From: an uncultured Chloroflexia bacterium
GTDB lineage: Bacteria; Chloroflexota; Limnocylindria; Limnocylindrales; CSP1-4
Length of the DNA: 64,000 nt
Direction: 5' to 3'
NCBI GenBank assembly: GCA_963748625.1
Contig: CAVVJT010000004.1
Location: 320,001 to 384,000 of the forward strand
Part shown: one piece after another, positions 19,117-29,147 of the stretch
Layout of the letters: every line of letters begins with the position of its first letter
Position numbering within the stretch: position 1 is the stretch's first letter
Notes under the pieces: model-generated
What the model saw: only the letters and a program-made list of their open reading frames with translations
Told to the model about the DNA's origin: nothing
Database searches by the model: none
Position numbers and translations under genes: made by a program

Positions 19117-19180
19117 GGTGAGGCGATGGTACGCGAACGGCAGGCGCCGCTCAGGACGGTGCCGGCGCCCGCCCCCGCGC

Positions 19181-20158
19181 TCAGCCCGCTTCCAGGATTG
19201 ACGCGGTCACGTCCGCGGGCCGGTAGCGCGGCAGGTTGTGGCCGAGGCCCGGAAAGCCCGAGACACGCATCGGGCCACCTCCGGCTGCCGCGCGGGCATC
19301 CGCCGCCCGGCGAAGCTCAGCGAGACGCATGTCGACATCGCCCGCACCCAGGGCCACCAGGGCCGTCACCGGCGCCGCCACCGCGGGCAGCCCGTCGAGA
19401 GCAGCGGGATCCCAGGCGAACATGGTGCGCACCAGGGCATCCACGACATGCGGCCGGACCGCCCGGACGACGTGCCCCGCGGCCGTCTCGACCACGGCGT
19501 CACGCGCGGCGCGCTCCTGGTCCGCATCGAAGCTCCCCGGATCGAAGGCGCGCCGGTCCGCGAGGAAGGCGTCCATCGAGCGCAGCACCTCGGGCGGCTC
19601 GTCGAGGCCGCGCAGGAACTCGTCCACATCGAGGTCGGTGACGGTCTCGATGCGCTCCCAGCCGCCGTCCACGAGGACGAGGGCCGCGCACCGCTCCCCA
19701 AGCGCCGCGGCGGCTGCCGCCGCCACGATCGCCCCGAACCCGATGCCAGCCACGACCACCCGCCCGTCGGCCGTGAGCAGGCCGGAGCCCTCGGCCACCG
19801 CGATGATGTCACCAGCCAGCGTTGTGAGGTCGTAGCCCGTCATCGGCGAGTCGGACAGGCCCTGGCCCCGCAGGTCGGTGGCGACCACCCGGCGTGCCGC
19901 TGCGAGGCGGCGGGCCACGGGCGCCAGGATCGAGGCGGGCTGGACGAGTCCAGGCACCAGCAGGACTCCATGTCCGCCGCCGTCGGCGGCGTCGGTGGCA
20001 TCCGCAGCGACCGACGGACCGCCCCAGTCGAGGAAGTGGATCCGTGTCCCGTCATCGGCTGTGACCACGTACCCCTCGGGCTCCAGGGCCAGGTCGGGCG
20101 GCGGAGCAAGGGCGACGTCCGGCGCCCTAGGTTCGATCGCCGGTCGGTCGGGGGTCAT
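19181..20158 (-). CDS. Alpha/beta-hydrolase-fold protein lacking the nucleophile Ser
   Basis: [12 protein letters not shown] and DLRGQGLSD; elbow GIGFG instead of GHSxG; C-terminal GHN. Confidence 0.8.
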   Translation of the reverse strand: MTPDRPAIEPRAPDVALAPPPDLALEPEGYVVTADDGTRIHFLDWGGPSVAADATDAADGGGHGVLLVPGLVQPASILAPVARRLAAARRVVATDLRGQGLSDSPMTGYDLTTLAGDIIAVAEGSGLLTADGRVVVAGIGFGAIVAAAAAAALGERCAALVLVDGGWERIETVTDLDVDEFLRGLDEPPEVLRSMDAFLADRRAFDPGSFDADQERAARDAVVETAAGHVVRAVRPHVVDALVRTMFAWDPAALDGLPAVAAPVTALVALGAGDVDMRLAELRRAADARAAAGGGPMRVSGFPGLGHNLPRYRPADVTASILEAG

Positions 20159-20179
20159 GGCGGCTAGGATACGGGCGCC

Positions 20180-20596
20180 ATGGTGAAACACCGCAGGGGA
20201 TCCCGAGCCGCCGCCCGCCAGCCGCGCGCCCGCCACGAGCGGTTCGACCGGCTCATCGACCGGGCAATCGCCGGAATCCCGTCTCCCTTCCGAGAGGCGC
20301 TCGACCGGATGGCCATCGTGATCGCCGACGAGCCTTCCCCCGAGCTCCTCCGCGACGAGGGCCTCGAGCCTGACGACACGCTCTACGGCATCTACCAGCC
20401 ACCCGTCGATGCGCTGTACAGCTGGGGGGACGCGTTCGAGCCGGAGCGGATCGTGATCTTCCGCCTCCCGCTCGAGGAGGACTTCCCGGATCCCGACGAC
20501 CTTGCCGAAGAGGTCCGGATCACTATCCTCCACGAGCTGGCGCACGCCCTGGGCATCAACGACGAGGACCGCCTCGCAGAGCTCGGGATCGACTGA
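20180..20596 (+). CDS. Zincin-like metallopeptidase family protein (DUF1025-like)
   Basis: TLYGIYQ, PERIVIFRLPL, ITILHELAHALG. Confidence 0.85.
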   Translation: MVKHRRGSRAAARQPRARHERFDRLIDRAIAGIPSPFREALDRMAIVIADEPSPELLRDEGLEPDDTLYGIYQPPVDALYSWGDAFEPERIVIFRLPLEEDFPDPDDLAEEVRITILHELAHALGINDEDRLAELGID

Positions 20597-20658
20597 CTCG
20601 CAGGCGACATCGCGGCCGTGCCCGAGGTGCACCCGGGGATCGCCGACCCCTCGGTCGG

Positions 20659-21825
20659 TCAGCCGCCCAGCGAGATGAGGCCCGCGACCATCGCCACCAT
20701 CGCGAGCGCCGCGCACGCGGCGAGTCCCTTGGTGAACCAGGGGTCCCAGGGCCGCCGCCCACCGGCCGGTGCCATGCGCCCCACTTCCAGCCCATGCGTG
20801 TAGTGGGTCAGCGCCTCGAAGGCGTGCACCGCGGGGGCGGCGGCGATCGCCTCCACGATGAACGTCAGCGTGCCCAGCGCGAACACCAGCGCGGCCACGA
20901 CCGGCACGACCAGCACCGACGGAACGCTGGCGCTCAGCCCGGAACCCTCCACGGCCCGGGCGACGAGGTCCACGCCGGCGCTCAGGCCGAAGACCACGAT
21001 GAACTGGCCGAACACGCCGAAGAGGGTTACCACAATCGCCATGCGCTTGCGCAGCCGGACGAGGCGCAGGGAACGCCCGATCGCTTCGAACACGTCCACC
21101 TCGCCCAGCACGATCCCCGACGCGGCGTAGACGAACGGCATGCTCACCAGCAGCGAGATCAGGAGGGACACGCCTCCGTCGATGAACGTGACGGGGCCCA
21201 TGACCAGGAGGACCGCCAGCGATGCGACGGTGCTCACCGTCGCGCTCAGGAAGCCGAAGAGCAGCTGCACACCGAGCACTCGCCAGAACCGCCGTCTCGA
21301 GACGGCGATCGACTCGCGCAGGCGCAGCGGCCGACCTTCGATCCGGCCCCCGATCACAGCGGTCGCCATGACCCGCGCCTCGGTGGCGGCAGCCATGTAC
21401 CCCAGGTACGCCGGGATCGCTGCGACCATGGCCCACAGGAACCAGGCCGGCGGACCCGGGCTGCCGTAGTCGAACAGGAACTCGCCCTGCTCGACCAGGC
21501 CGACGCCGACGAGGACGGCGGCCGGGCCGACGGTGACGAGCATCATCAGCCCGATGTAGAACGATGCCGCACGCAGGCCGTTGTCGGGGCGGGTCAGCAG
21601 GTCCAGCGCCTGGCGGAGCAGGTCGCGGGTGCCGAGCGGGATCGCGAGGACCTCCGCAGTGACCTCGGGGAGCACGGGACCGGCGGGTGTCGGAGGTGGC
21701 GGCGGCAGGGGCGGCGCAGGCGGCTCGAGGGCCGGCGACGTCTGCGGGATGGCCGGCGGCGGGGGCGGCAGGGGCACGAACGCGTCCCCCGGGCGCAGGG
21801 GCTCCTCCCCGTCCCCAATCATCAC
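20659..21825 (-). CDS. Multi-pass membrane protein with Pro-rich N-terminus
   Basis: About 7 hydrophobic segments; GTGA overlap with the upstream dehydratase gene. Confidence 0.7.
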   Translation of the reverse strand: MMIGDGEEPLRPGDAFVPLPPPPPAIPQTSPALEPPAPPLPPPPPTPAGPVLPEVTAEVLAIPLGTRDLLRQALDLLTRPDNGLRAASFYIGLMMLVTVGPAAVLVGVGLVEQGEFLFDYGSPGPPAWFLWAMVAAIPAYLGYMAAATEARVMATAVIGGRIEGRPLRLRESIAVSRRRFWRVLGVQLLFGFLSATVSTVASLAVLLVMGPVTFIDGGVSLLISLLVSMPFVYAASGIVLGEVDVFEAIGRSLRLVRLRKRMAIVVTLFGVFGQFIVVFGLSAGVDLVARAVEGSGLSASVPSVLVVPVVAALVFALGTLTFIVEAIAAAPAVHAFEALTHYTHGLEVGRMAPAGGRRPWDPWFTKGLAACAALAMVAMVAGLISLGG

Positions 21826-22838
21826 CGTGGCGCCGGGATCGGGGCCGCCTGCATGAGGAAGTCGCCGAGGCGCTCGATGTCAACGTTGCCGCCCGAGAGG
21901 ATGACCGCCACGCGGTCGCCGTTGCGCAGCGGCACGGCACCCGTGAGCACGGCCGACAGTGCGGCGGCGCCGGCCGGTTCCAGCACCTGCTTGAGACGCT
22001 CGAAGGCGAAGCGCATCCCGGCCAGGATTGTCGCGTCCTCCACGAGGACCAGATCCTCGAGGTAGCGCCGGGCCACGCTCAGGGCGTGGACGCCGGCGAT
22101 CGGACCGTTGAGCCCGTCCGCGATGCTGACCGGCGTGATCCGGACCGGGACGCCGGTCTCCATCGCCTGGCGCAGGCAATCAGACCCCGCGGGCTCAACG
22201 CCGAAGACCCGGATCTTCGGGCGCGTCTCGCGCAGCGCCACCGTGACGCCGCCCAGCAGCCCGCCGCCGCCCACGCCGACGACGACGACATCCACGTCGG
22301 GCAGATCCTCCAGGATCTCCAGGCCGCAGGATCCGTTGCCCAGGAGGACCTCGGGATCGTCGTAGGGATGGACGAGCGTCAGGCCCTGCTCGGCACGCAG
22401 GTGCTCCATGTGCGCCATCGCCTCGCCGACATGGGCTCCGTGGAGCACCACCCGCGCGCCGTACTCGCGGCATCCGGCCACCTTGGACTCAACCGCGCCC
22501 AGCGGCATGACGACGGTCATCGGCACGCCTGCCTCGCGGGCCGCCCAGGCGTAGGCCTGGCCAGCGTTGCCGGCACTGATGGTGATGGCGCCACGCGCCC
22601 GTTCGTCGGGCGTCAGGGACGCGATCCTGGCCATTGCCGCACGGGGCTTGAAGGAGCCCGTCTTCTGGAGGTGCTCGGCCTTGAGGTACAGGCGCCCGTC
22701 CGCCAGGCGCACTCGGGTTGCCTCGCCGGCGACCCTGGCAGCCGTGGATGAGGAGAGCAGCGGCGTGTGGTGGACGTGACCCACGAGCTGCTTGCGGGTC
22801 TCCTTGATCGCGGCGAGCGAGATCGGTGAATGGCTCAC
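21822..22838 (-). CDS. PLP-dependent threonine/serine dehydratase family protein
   Basis: LKAEHLQKTGSFKPR, SAGNAGQ, GVGGGGL, SIADGL, EPAGAA, SGGN. Confidence 0.9.
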   Translation of the reverse strand: MSHSPISLAAIKETRKQLVGHVHHTPLLSSSTAARVAGEATRVRLADGRLYLKAEHLQKTGSFKPRAAMARIASLTPDERARGAITISAGNAGQAYAWAAREAGVPMTVVMPLGAVESKVAGCREYGARVVLHGAHVGEAMAHMEHLRAEQGLTLVHPYDDPEVLLGNGSCGLEILEDLPDVDVVVVGVGGGGLLGGVTVALRETRPKIRVFGVEPAGSDCLRQAMETGVPVRITPVSIADGLNGPIAGVHALSVARRYLEDLVLVEDATILAGMRFAFERLKQVLEPAGAAALSAVLTGAVPLRNGDRVAVILSGGNVDIERLGDFLMQAAPIPAPR

Positions 22839-23089
22839 AGCCGGAGTATGCCGTCCAACTGGCCCCGCTGGCGCCTGTTGGTCGGATTCGCGCCAGGTGG
22901 GCGCTATCGGGCGCTTCGTGCGCAGATCCGCGCCCGGTGCGACCTGCAATCTCGACGCAGCCGCCCGACCGCCATACGCCCCCCGGGTGGGAGCAAGCGC
23001 CTCTTCTGACCGGATGACATCCGCTCGCGCCCACCTGGTGCGAAGTTGCGAACCGCGGGCGGGACCTCAGGCTCCGTCGCCAGCGTGAC

Positions 23090-23105
23090 TTGCGTCCTTG
23101 CGCAA
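23090..23105. promoter_or_regulatory. Candidate ArsR autoregulatory operator
   Basis: TTGCG-N6-CGCAA inverted repeat abutting an AACAAT -10-like hexamer upstream of the ArsR gene. Confidence 0.4.
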
Positions 23106-23124
23106 ACAATGAGAGACTGGGCCC

Positions 23125-23418
23125 GTGATCGATACCACCAGCACCGAGGACGAGCGGGTCCGCTTCGCGGCCGTCGCCCGAGCCCTCGGCGACGCCAAGC
23201 GCCTGTGCGTCCTCGAGTCCCTTGCGGACGGGGAGGCATCGGTGGGCGAGCTCGCCTCGCGCGTCAGCTGCCAGGTCCCGAACATGAGCCAGCACCTCGC
23301 GGTGCTGCGCTCCGCCGGACTCGTCACGGCCCGTCGTGACGGCAGCACCGTGTACTACCGCCTCGCGGACCCGAAGGTCCTCGAGGCCTACCAGCTACTC
23401 CAGGACATCGCCCGCTAG
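23125..23418 (+). CDS. ArsR/SmtB-family transcriptional regulator
   Basis: ALGDAKRL, SVGELA, SQHLAVLRSAGLV..RRDG..VYYRL. Confidence 0.92.
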   Translation: MIDTTSTEDERVRFAAVARALGDAKRLCVLESLADGEASVGELASRVSCQVPNMSQHLAVLRSAGLVTARRDGSTVYYRLADPKVLEAYQLLQDIAR

Positions 23419-23467
23419 CCGGGCGTCACGTCGCTCGTCCGGCTCGGCCGGAGAAAGGGTTCGCCAC

Positions 23468-23812
23468 GTGGCGGAGATCAAGCACGCAACCGATGCCACC
23501 TTCGTTGACATGGTCGTCAACAACGAGAAGCCGGTCATCGTGGACTTCTGGGCGGCCTGGTGCGGTCCGTGCAAGATGGTCGCGCCGGAGCTCGAGAAGC
23601 TCGCGACGAAGTACGACGGCGTGGTCGAGGTGGTCAAGGTCGACGTTGACGCCAACCCGGGGCTCTCCCAAGCGTTCCAGATCATGTCGATCCCGATGAT
23701 CGCGTTCTTCCAGCCGGGGCAGCAGCCGCAGGGCCTGCCGGGCTTCCGCACTGCCGAGCAGTACGAGCAGATCTTCAACCTGCAGGCGCTCGCGGCGGCC
23801 AAGGCATCCTAG
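23468..23812 (+). CDS. trxA: Thioredoxin
   Basis: VDFWAAWCGPCK, KVDVD, IMSIP. Confidence 0.93.
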   Translation: MAEIKHATDATFVDMVVNNEKPVIVDFWAAWCGPCKMVAPELEKLATKYDGVVEVVKVDVDANPGLSQAFQIMSIPMIAFFQPGQQPQGLPGFRTAEQYEQIFNLQALAAAKAS

Positions 23813-23882
23813 TCCCGCCACCTGCGACCGCGCTCCTCCGGCCCCGGCCCTCAAGCCGGGGTCGTTCCATGTCCGCGGCCTG

Positions 23883-24317
23883 TCAGCCTTGGAGCGCCCG
23901 TCGGTGTGCCGATCGGAGCCACGCCTCCGCGCGGTCCAGGGCGAAACGGTCGACCTCTTCGGGCGTGAACGCGATCCATCCCTTGCCACGGGCGGACGGC
24001 ATGGTCCCGGGCGTCCTGAGCGCCGCCGCGGCCACGGTCGGGTCCAGGGCGGCTTCGAGCAGGTCCGGCATGAGGATCGCGAAGATGCGCCCGTTCGCGA
24101 GGTAGCTGACCGACTCGCCCTCGCGCGCCCGCTCAACGCCGACGAGGTCCTCGATCACCGTCTCCACGCGCTCGTCCAGTGTCTCGTCCACATCGGCCTC
24201 CGCCGCGGCGGCAGCCTCCTGGGCCTCGTCGACGGACAAGGGCGCGTCGTCATCGAGCAGCTCGTCGTCGAGCGCGTCGTCGGAAAGCCGGCCGTTGCCG
24301 GTGGTCTCGTGGGTCAT
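23883..24317 (-). CDS. Hypothetical protein with acidic N-terminus and MmcQ/YjbR- or TfoX-like C-terminus
   Basis: Asp/Glu-rich N-terminus; YLANGRIFA...GKGWIAF..., WLRSAH. Confidence 0.55.
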   Translation of the reverse strand: MTHETTGNGRLSDDALDDELLDDDAPLSVDEAQEAAAAAEADVDETLDERVETVIEDLVGVERAREGESVSYLANGRIFAILMPDLLEAALDPTVAAAALRTPGTMPSARGKGWIAFTPEEVDRFALDRAEAWLRSAHRRALQG

Positions 24318-24607
24318 CAGGCGGTCTCGCGGTGCGGTCATCGGCAGTGGGCGCCGTCAGCGGCTCCAACGAGTATGGCATCGGCCGACGCCATGGTGCC
24401 GCGCGCCGGAGGAAGAACAGGCCCCAGTGGCAGCGGCCGAGCGCGGTCACATGACGCGCGGTCATGACGGCGCCGGCCCACGTGGTCACTCTGGCATCGA
24501 GACCCGAGCTGTCGTCTGCGGATTCCAGCGTGGGGTGAGCGCCATCCCCGCGTCCACGACAGCCACCGTGCGCGGAGGGGCCCGCAGTGATCACAAGGAG
24601 ATATGCC

Positions 24608-25480
24608 ATGCGACGAATCGCAACTATCGGTCTGGCGGCCCTCGCCGCGGTCACCCTGGCGGGGACCGTCCTCGCCGCCTCGTCGGTCAACCTCGGCACG
24701 GCCAAGAGCTTCGCCGTGCTCGCCGCCACCACCATCACGAACACGGGGAGCACGACGATCACCGGCGACGTCGGGCTGCATCCCGGCGATGCCGTCACCG
24801 GCTTCGCCGACGTCACGGTCCACGGAGCGCAGCACATCGGCGACGCGGTCGCGCTCGACGCCAAGAACGACCTGATCGGCGCCTACAACGACGCCGCAGG
24901 CGCCACGCCCGTCAACCAGGTGCCCACCGAGCTCGGCGGCACGACCCTCAAGCCCGGCGTCTACGCCTCGGCCACCCTCGGACTGACCGGGACACTGACC
25001 CTCGACGGCGAGGGCGTCTACATCTTCCAGGCCGGATCCACCCTGATCACGGCCCCGGGCAGCAGCGTGAAGCTCATCAACGGCGCCTCGGCCTGCGAGG
25101 TCTACTGGCAGGTCGGCAGCTCGGCGACGCTGGACACCAGCACCAGCTTCAAGGGCACGATCCTGGCCCTCACCTCGATCGCACTCAAGAACGGCGTGAC
25201 GCTCGAGGGCCGGGCGCTGGCCCGCAACGGCGAGGTCACGATGATCAACGACACCATCGACAGCTCATCGTGCGCGGCACCCGGCCCGACCGCCACCCCG
25301 AAGCCGGGCGCCACCTCGCGTCCGAGGGTGACGGCTCCGCCCACCGACACGCTGGCCCCCACACCGGCCTCGGTCACCGATCCGGTCTCCGCGCCCGTCC
25401 TCATCCTCATCACGCTCGCGACCGTCGCTTTCGCCGGCGCGGTCCGCTTCGCAGCGATGCGGTCCCGCCCGCGCGCCTGA
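24608..25480 (+). CDS. Ice-binding protein family (DUF3494) with signal peptide and C-terminal anchor
   Basis: VNLGTAKSFAVLA, TITGDVG, LGGTTLKPGVY, GTLTLDG, IFQAGSTL, VYWQVGSSATL, GRALA. Confidence 0.9.
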   Translation: MRRIATIGLAALAAVTLAGTVLAASSVNLGTAKSFAVLAATTITNTGSTTITGDVGLHPGDAVTGFADVTVHGAQHIGDAVALDAKNDLIGAYNDAAGATPVNQVPTELGGTTLKPGVYASATLGLTGTLTLDGEGVYIFQAGSTLITAPGSSVKLINGASACEVYWQVGSSATLDTSTSFKGTILALTSIALKNGVTLEGRALARNGEVTMINDTIDSSSCAAPGPTATPKPGATSRPRVTAPPTDTLAPTPASVTDPVSAPVLILITLATVAFAGAVRFAAMRSRPRA

Positions 25481-25555
25481 TCGCGTGAGCGGGTCGCGGT
25501 GTATCCGTTGCCGGCCGGGCTCAGCCCGGCCGGACGGCTGCGGGACCCGCCTCCG

Positions 25556-26044
25556 CTACCCCTGCGCCGCCTCGAGGATCGCCGCGAGCTCCTTGCTGTG
25601 CTCCTCGTAGTGCTCGGTCGTCTCGCCGAAGAAGTACTCCTGGTGGCCCGAGTCCTTGATCCAGCGAACCTCGGGCACGACCGTCAGGTAGCCGCGCAGC
25701 TCGCCCGCCACCGTCCGGAACGTCGCGCGCACCTCGTCCATCGGCATTTCGCGGAAGCGCGCGAGCCCGGCGGCGTTCATCGCGTCCCCCGCCTCCGGCG
25801 AGCCCGCCCACTGGGCCTCGAGGCGCTCCATCGTGGCACTCGTGGACCCCACCGCCAGCTCCTTCGCGGTGGCGAGGGCGGCCTCCTGCCACAGGATGAT
25901 GTGCCCAAGGAGGTCCCGGCCCGACCAGCCGCCGGCGGCCTCGACCGGCAGGTCCAGCTGCTCGTCGGTCAGGTCGAGCAGGCGCTCGTACGGGCGGAGG
26001 GCGTCACGTTCGTCTTCGAGGAAGGAGAGGGCATCGAGGTACAT
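25556..26044 (-). CDS. DinB/maleylpyruvate-isomerase N-terminal-like (DUF1706/ClbS-like) protein
   Basis: GWSGRDLLGHIILW...EHYEEH pattern; TACGAT -10 hexamer 6 nt before the ATG. Confidence 0.75.
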   Translation of the reverse strand: MYLDALSFLEDERDALRPYERLLDLTDEQLDLPVEAAGGWSGRDLLGHIILWQEAALATAKELAVGSTSATMERLEAQWAGSPEAGDAMNAAGLARFREMPMDEVRATFRTVAGELRGYLTVVPEVRWIKDSGHQEYFFGETTEHYEEHSKELAAILEAAQG

Positions 26045-26267
26045 GTGCGCATCGTAGTCGGCCGCGCAAGACCCGGTGGTCGGCGGGACCAACGGCTCTA
26101 CACCTGCGCTGCCCGCACGTAGCACGCTCGCCCCAGCGTCCCGCCAGCCAGTACGGCTGGACCGGCTCCACGAGGACGGTGCCGCACGGACGGCTGCGGC
26201 GCCGCACCGGTCCCGCCACCCAGTGCGCGACCCGCCGTCCCGCGCAATCGGGGACGGGGTGGTTCGC

Positions 26268-28955
26268 GTGCAGGTCGGGACCCGGACGGGCACAGACAGG
26301 TCGTCGCGCATCCTCGCGCTTGCAGTCGCCACAGCGCTGGTGGCATCGCTGGGTGCCGCGGTAACGCCCGAAGCCACCCGGGCCTGGACTGACGGCGCCA
26401 CCCACATCAACGTCGGCCCCGGCTATCCCGACGCCGGCGTCTACCCGCCGGTCGCGGGCCAGCCGCTGATCGTCGAGGTCGCGCCAGCGGACACGCAGTA
26501 CCTGGCGGGCAACTTCACGGACACCGTCCGCATCTCCACGACGGACCCCCAGGCCACGGTGCAGATCGTCCCCGGGGGACCCTCCTCCTCCCTGCCGTTG
26601 AACTACGGCTTCGACTGCGTCATCCCCTACATCGGCTGCAACGACTTCTTCGGGCATGACTTCACCTTCACGTTCCGGACGGCGGGCCCCCAGACGATCT
26701 CGGTCTACGACGTGTCGGCCCCATCGATCGCCGGGTCCTGGGCGATCAACGTGGCGCCCGGGGCCGCCAGCTCGTTGACGTTGTCGAACCTCCCGGCCAC
26801 CTCCACGGCGGGTGCCCTGACACCGGTCAAGGCCACGGTCAAGGACGCGCTCGGGAACGTCGCCACCAACTACACGGGCACCGTTCGCATGTCCAGCACG
26901 GACCCGTCGGCGGTCCTGCCCGTGGATCACGTGTTCACCACCGCGGAGCAGGGCGTGGCCTGGCTTGACGTGCGCCTCATGAGCACCGGCTCCCGATCGG
27001 TGACGGTGGCCGACATCGCGAACGCCTCGCTGACGAACACGAAGTCCACGACCGTCACCACGGCCGCCCACATCAACTTCGAGATCACCGCGCCGGACAA
27101 CATCTTCGCCGGGTACTACATCGGCGGGCTGCTCCAGGCGATGACGTCGGCCAACGTGCTCGATCCTGCCTACCGGGGCACCGTGCACTTCACGTGCTCC
27201 GATCCGTTGGCCGAGCTCCCCGCCGACTACGCCTTCACCGCGGGGGCCGCGGGCTCCGACAACTTCATCCTTGGCGAGGTCAAGTTCAAGACCGCGGGCC
27301 GCCACACCCTGACGGCGACCGACACCGCCAACCCGTTGATCACGGGCAGCGTGGTGATCGACGTCAAGGGCGGCACGGTGGCCTCCATCGCCTTCGAGAA
27401 TCTGCCCGGCACCATGACCGCCGGCTCCACCCCGACCTTCACGGTGGTCGTGCGCGACGCCTACGGGAACCTCGCCCAGGACATCAAGAAGGTCCACTTC
27501 ACCAGCACCGATGCCCAGGCGGCGCTGCCTGTCGACTTCACGTTCCACGCCGCCGACTACGGCCGCCACCAGTTCACCCTCGGACTGCGGACGGCCGGGT
27601 CGCAGACGCTCACGGGCGCGATCGTGGGCTACCCGGCGATCAACACCAACCGCTCCGTCGCGGTCCTGCCCGGCAGCACGGCCGCACTCGCCGTGTCCGG
27701 TCTGCCGTCCACGGTCACCGCCGGCGAGGCCAACGCGCTCACCGTGCAGGCCCGTGACGCTTGGGGCAACGCCGCCTACGGCTATACCGGGACGGTCCAC
27801 TTCACCTCGACCGATCCGTCGGCCACCCTGCCGGCCAACTACGCATTCACCCTGGCCGACCATGGGGCCAAGGGCTTCCTGGTCACACTGCGCGCAGGCG
27901 GCACGCGGTCGGTGACGGCAGCCGATATCGGCAATGCGGGGATCACCGGCACGCAGGCGGGCGTCACCGTGTCGATCACGGACACATCAGCGCCCACCGC
28001 AACGGTCACCACCCCTGCTGCAGCCACCAGGGCGACCGACGTCGTGTACACGGTCGCCTTCAACGAGACGGTCACCGGGCTGGCCGCGGGCGACTTCACG
28101 CGGACCGGAACGGCGACCGGGTGCACGGTGGGCGCGCCTGCGGGCTCCGGCAGCTCGTACATGGTCACGGTCACCGGCTGCTCCGAGGGCACGCTCGGAC
28201 TCGCGCTGAACGCCAACTCGGTGGTCGACGCGGCATCGAACACGGGTCCGACAGCCAACGTGGCGGGCACCCCCGGCGTGACGCTGGACCGCTCCGGGCC
28301 GGTCATCTCCGACCTCAGGATCCGGCCGGTGGTGGGTGCGAGGCTCTCCGGCACGGCCGTACCCGTCGTGCTGACCTGGCTGGGCTCGGATGTGACTGGC
28401 ATCGACTCGTACGCGGTGCTGCGCAGCACCGACGGTGGCGCGAGCTGGATCACGCTGACCGGCGACCACCAGGCGACCTCCTACACCACCACGGTCGCGA
28501 CCACGGGCTCAGTCCGGTTCGGCATCGCGGGCATGGACACGTTGTCCACCTCCGGCGCCACGACAAGGACCGCCACCTTCTCGCCCAGGCTGGTCCAGCA
28601 GTCGTCGAGCGCGGTCTCGTGGGGCGGCACGTGGAAGAAGGCCACCGGCCCGTCCTGGTCGGGAGGCTCGGCGAAGTACGCCTCCACCAAGGGCCGGAGC
28701 GCGACGTACAAGGTCACGGGGAGGGCCGTCGCCCTGGTGGCGCTCAAGGCGCCAAATCGGGGCAAGCTCAAGATCTACGTCGGAGGCACGTATCAGACCA
28801 CGATCGATCTCTCCAAGGTGTCTGCAGCGGCCTACAGGACCGTGGTCTGGCAGGCGACCTGGCCCACTGTCCGGACGCGCACGATCAAGGTGGTGGTGGT
28901 CGGCACGGGTTCCCACCCCCGGGTTGACGTGGACGCGTTCGTGGCCTTCAAGTAG
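26268..28955 (+). CDS. Large secreted Thr-rich protein with about five Ig-like repeats
   Basis: Signal peptide; repeated YxGTVHFTSTDPxAxLPxxYxFT units of ~100 aa; Big-like DTSAPT...FNETVTG domain; C-terminal beta-sandwich. Start uncertain. Confidence 0.8.
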   Translation: MQVGTRTGTDRSSRILALAVATALVASLGAAVTPEATRAWTDGATHINVGPGYPDAGVYPPVAGQPLIVEVAPADTQYLAGNFTDTVRISTTDPQATVQIVPGGPSSSLPLNYGFDCVIPYIGCNDFFGHDFTFTFRTAGPQTISVYDVSAPSIAGSWAINVAPGAASSLTLSNLPATSTAGALTPVKATVKDALGNVATNYTGTVRMSSTDPSAVLPVDHVFTTAEQGVAWLDVRLMSTGSRSVTVADIANASLTNTKSTTVTTAAHINFEITAPDNIFAGYYIGGLLQAMTSANVLDPAYRGTVHFTCSDPLAELPADYAFTAGAAGSDNFILGEVKFKTAGRHTLTATDTANPLITGSVVIDVKGGTVASIAFENLPGTMTAGSTPTFTVVVRDAYGNLAQDIKKVHFTSTDAQAALPVDFTFHAADYGRHQFTLGLRTAGSQTLTGAIVGYPAINTNRSVAVLPGSTAALAVSGLPSTVTAGEANALTVQARDAWGNAAYGYTGTVHFTSTDPSATLPANYAFTLADHGAKGFLVTLRAGGTRSVTAADIGNAGITGTQAGVTVSITDTSAPTATVTTPAAATRATDVVYTVAFNETVTGLAAGDFTRTGTATGCTVGAPAGSGSSYMVTVTGCSEGTLGLALNANSVVDAASNTGPTANVAGTPGVTLDRSGPVISDLRIRPVVGARLSGTAVPVVLTWLGSDVTGIDSYAVLRSTDGGASWITLTGDHQATSYTTTVATTGSVRFGIAGMDTLSTSGATTRTATFSPRLVQQSSSAVSWGGTWKKATGPSWSGGSAKYASTKGRSATYKVTGRAVALVALKAPNRGKLKIYVGGTYQTTIDLSKVSAAAYRTVVWQATWPTVRTRTIKVVVVGTGSHPRVDVDAFVAFK

Positions 28956-29147
28956 GACCGGCGGGCTCGCGGCGCCATCGAGACGACCGGCACACGACAT
29001 GGCGCCCGACATCCCTCCGGCGGCCACCGGCGAAGAGAAGGCAGGCACAACCGTCGCCAGTCCATTCCTCCAGCAGTGCTAGAGTCCGCCCCGTGAGCGC
29101 CGATCTTCCCTTCAACCTCCCGCCTGTCGATCCATCCGCCGCAGCTG

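Noticed and set aside
19181-21940. 919-aa minus-strand ORF as a single protein
   Set aside because: Only the last 325 aa are hydrolase-like; the rest overlaps two better-supported genes.
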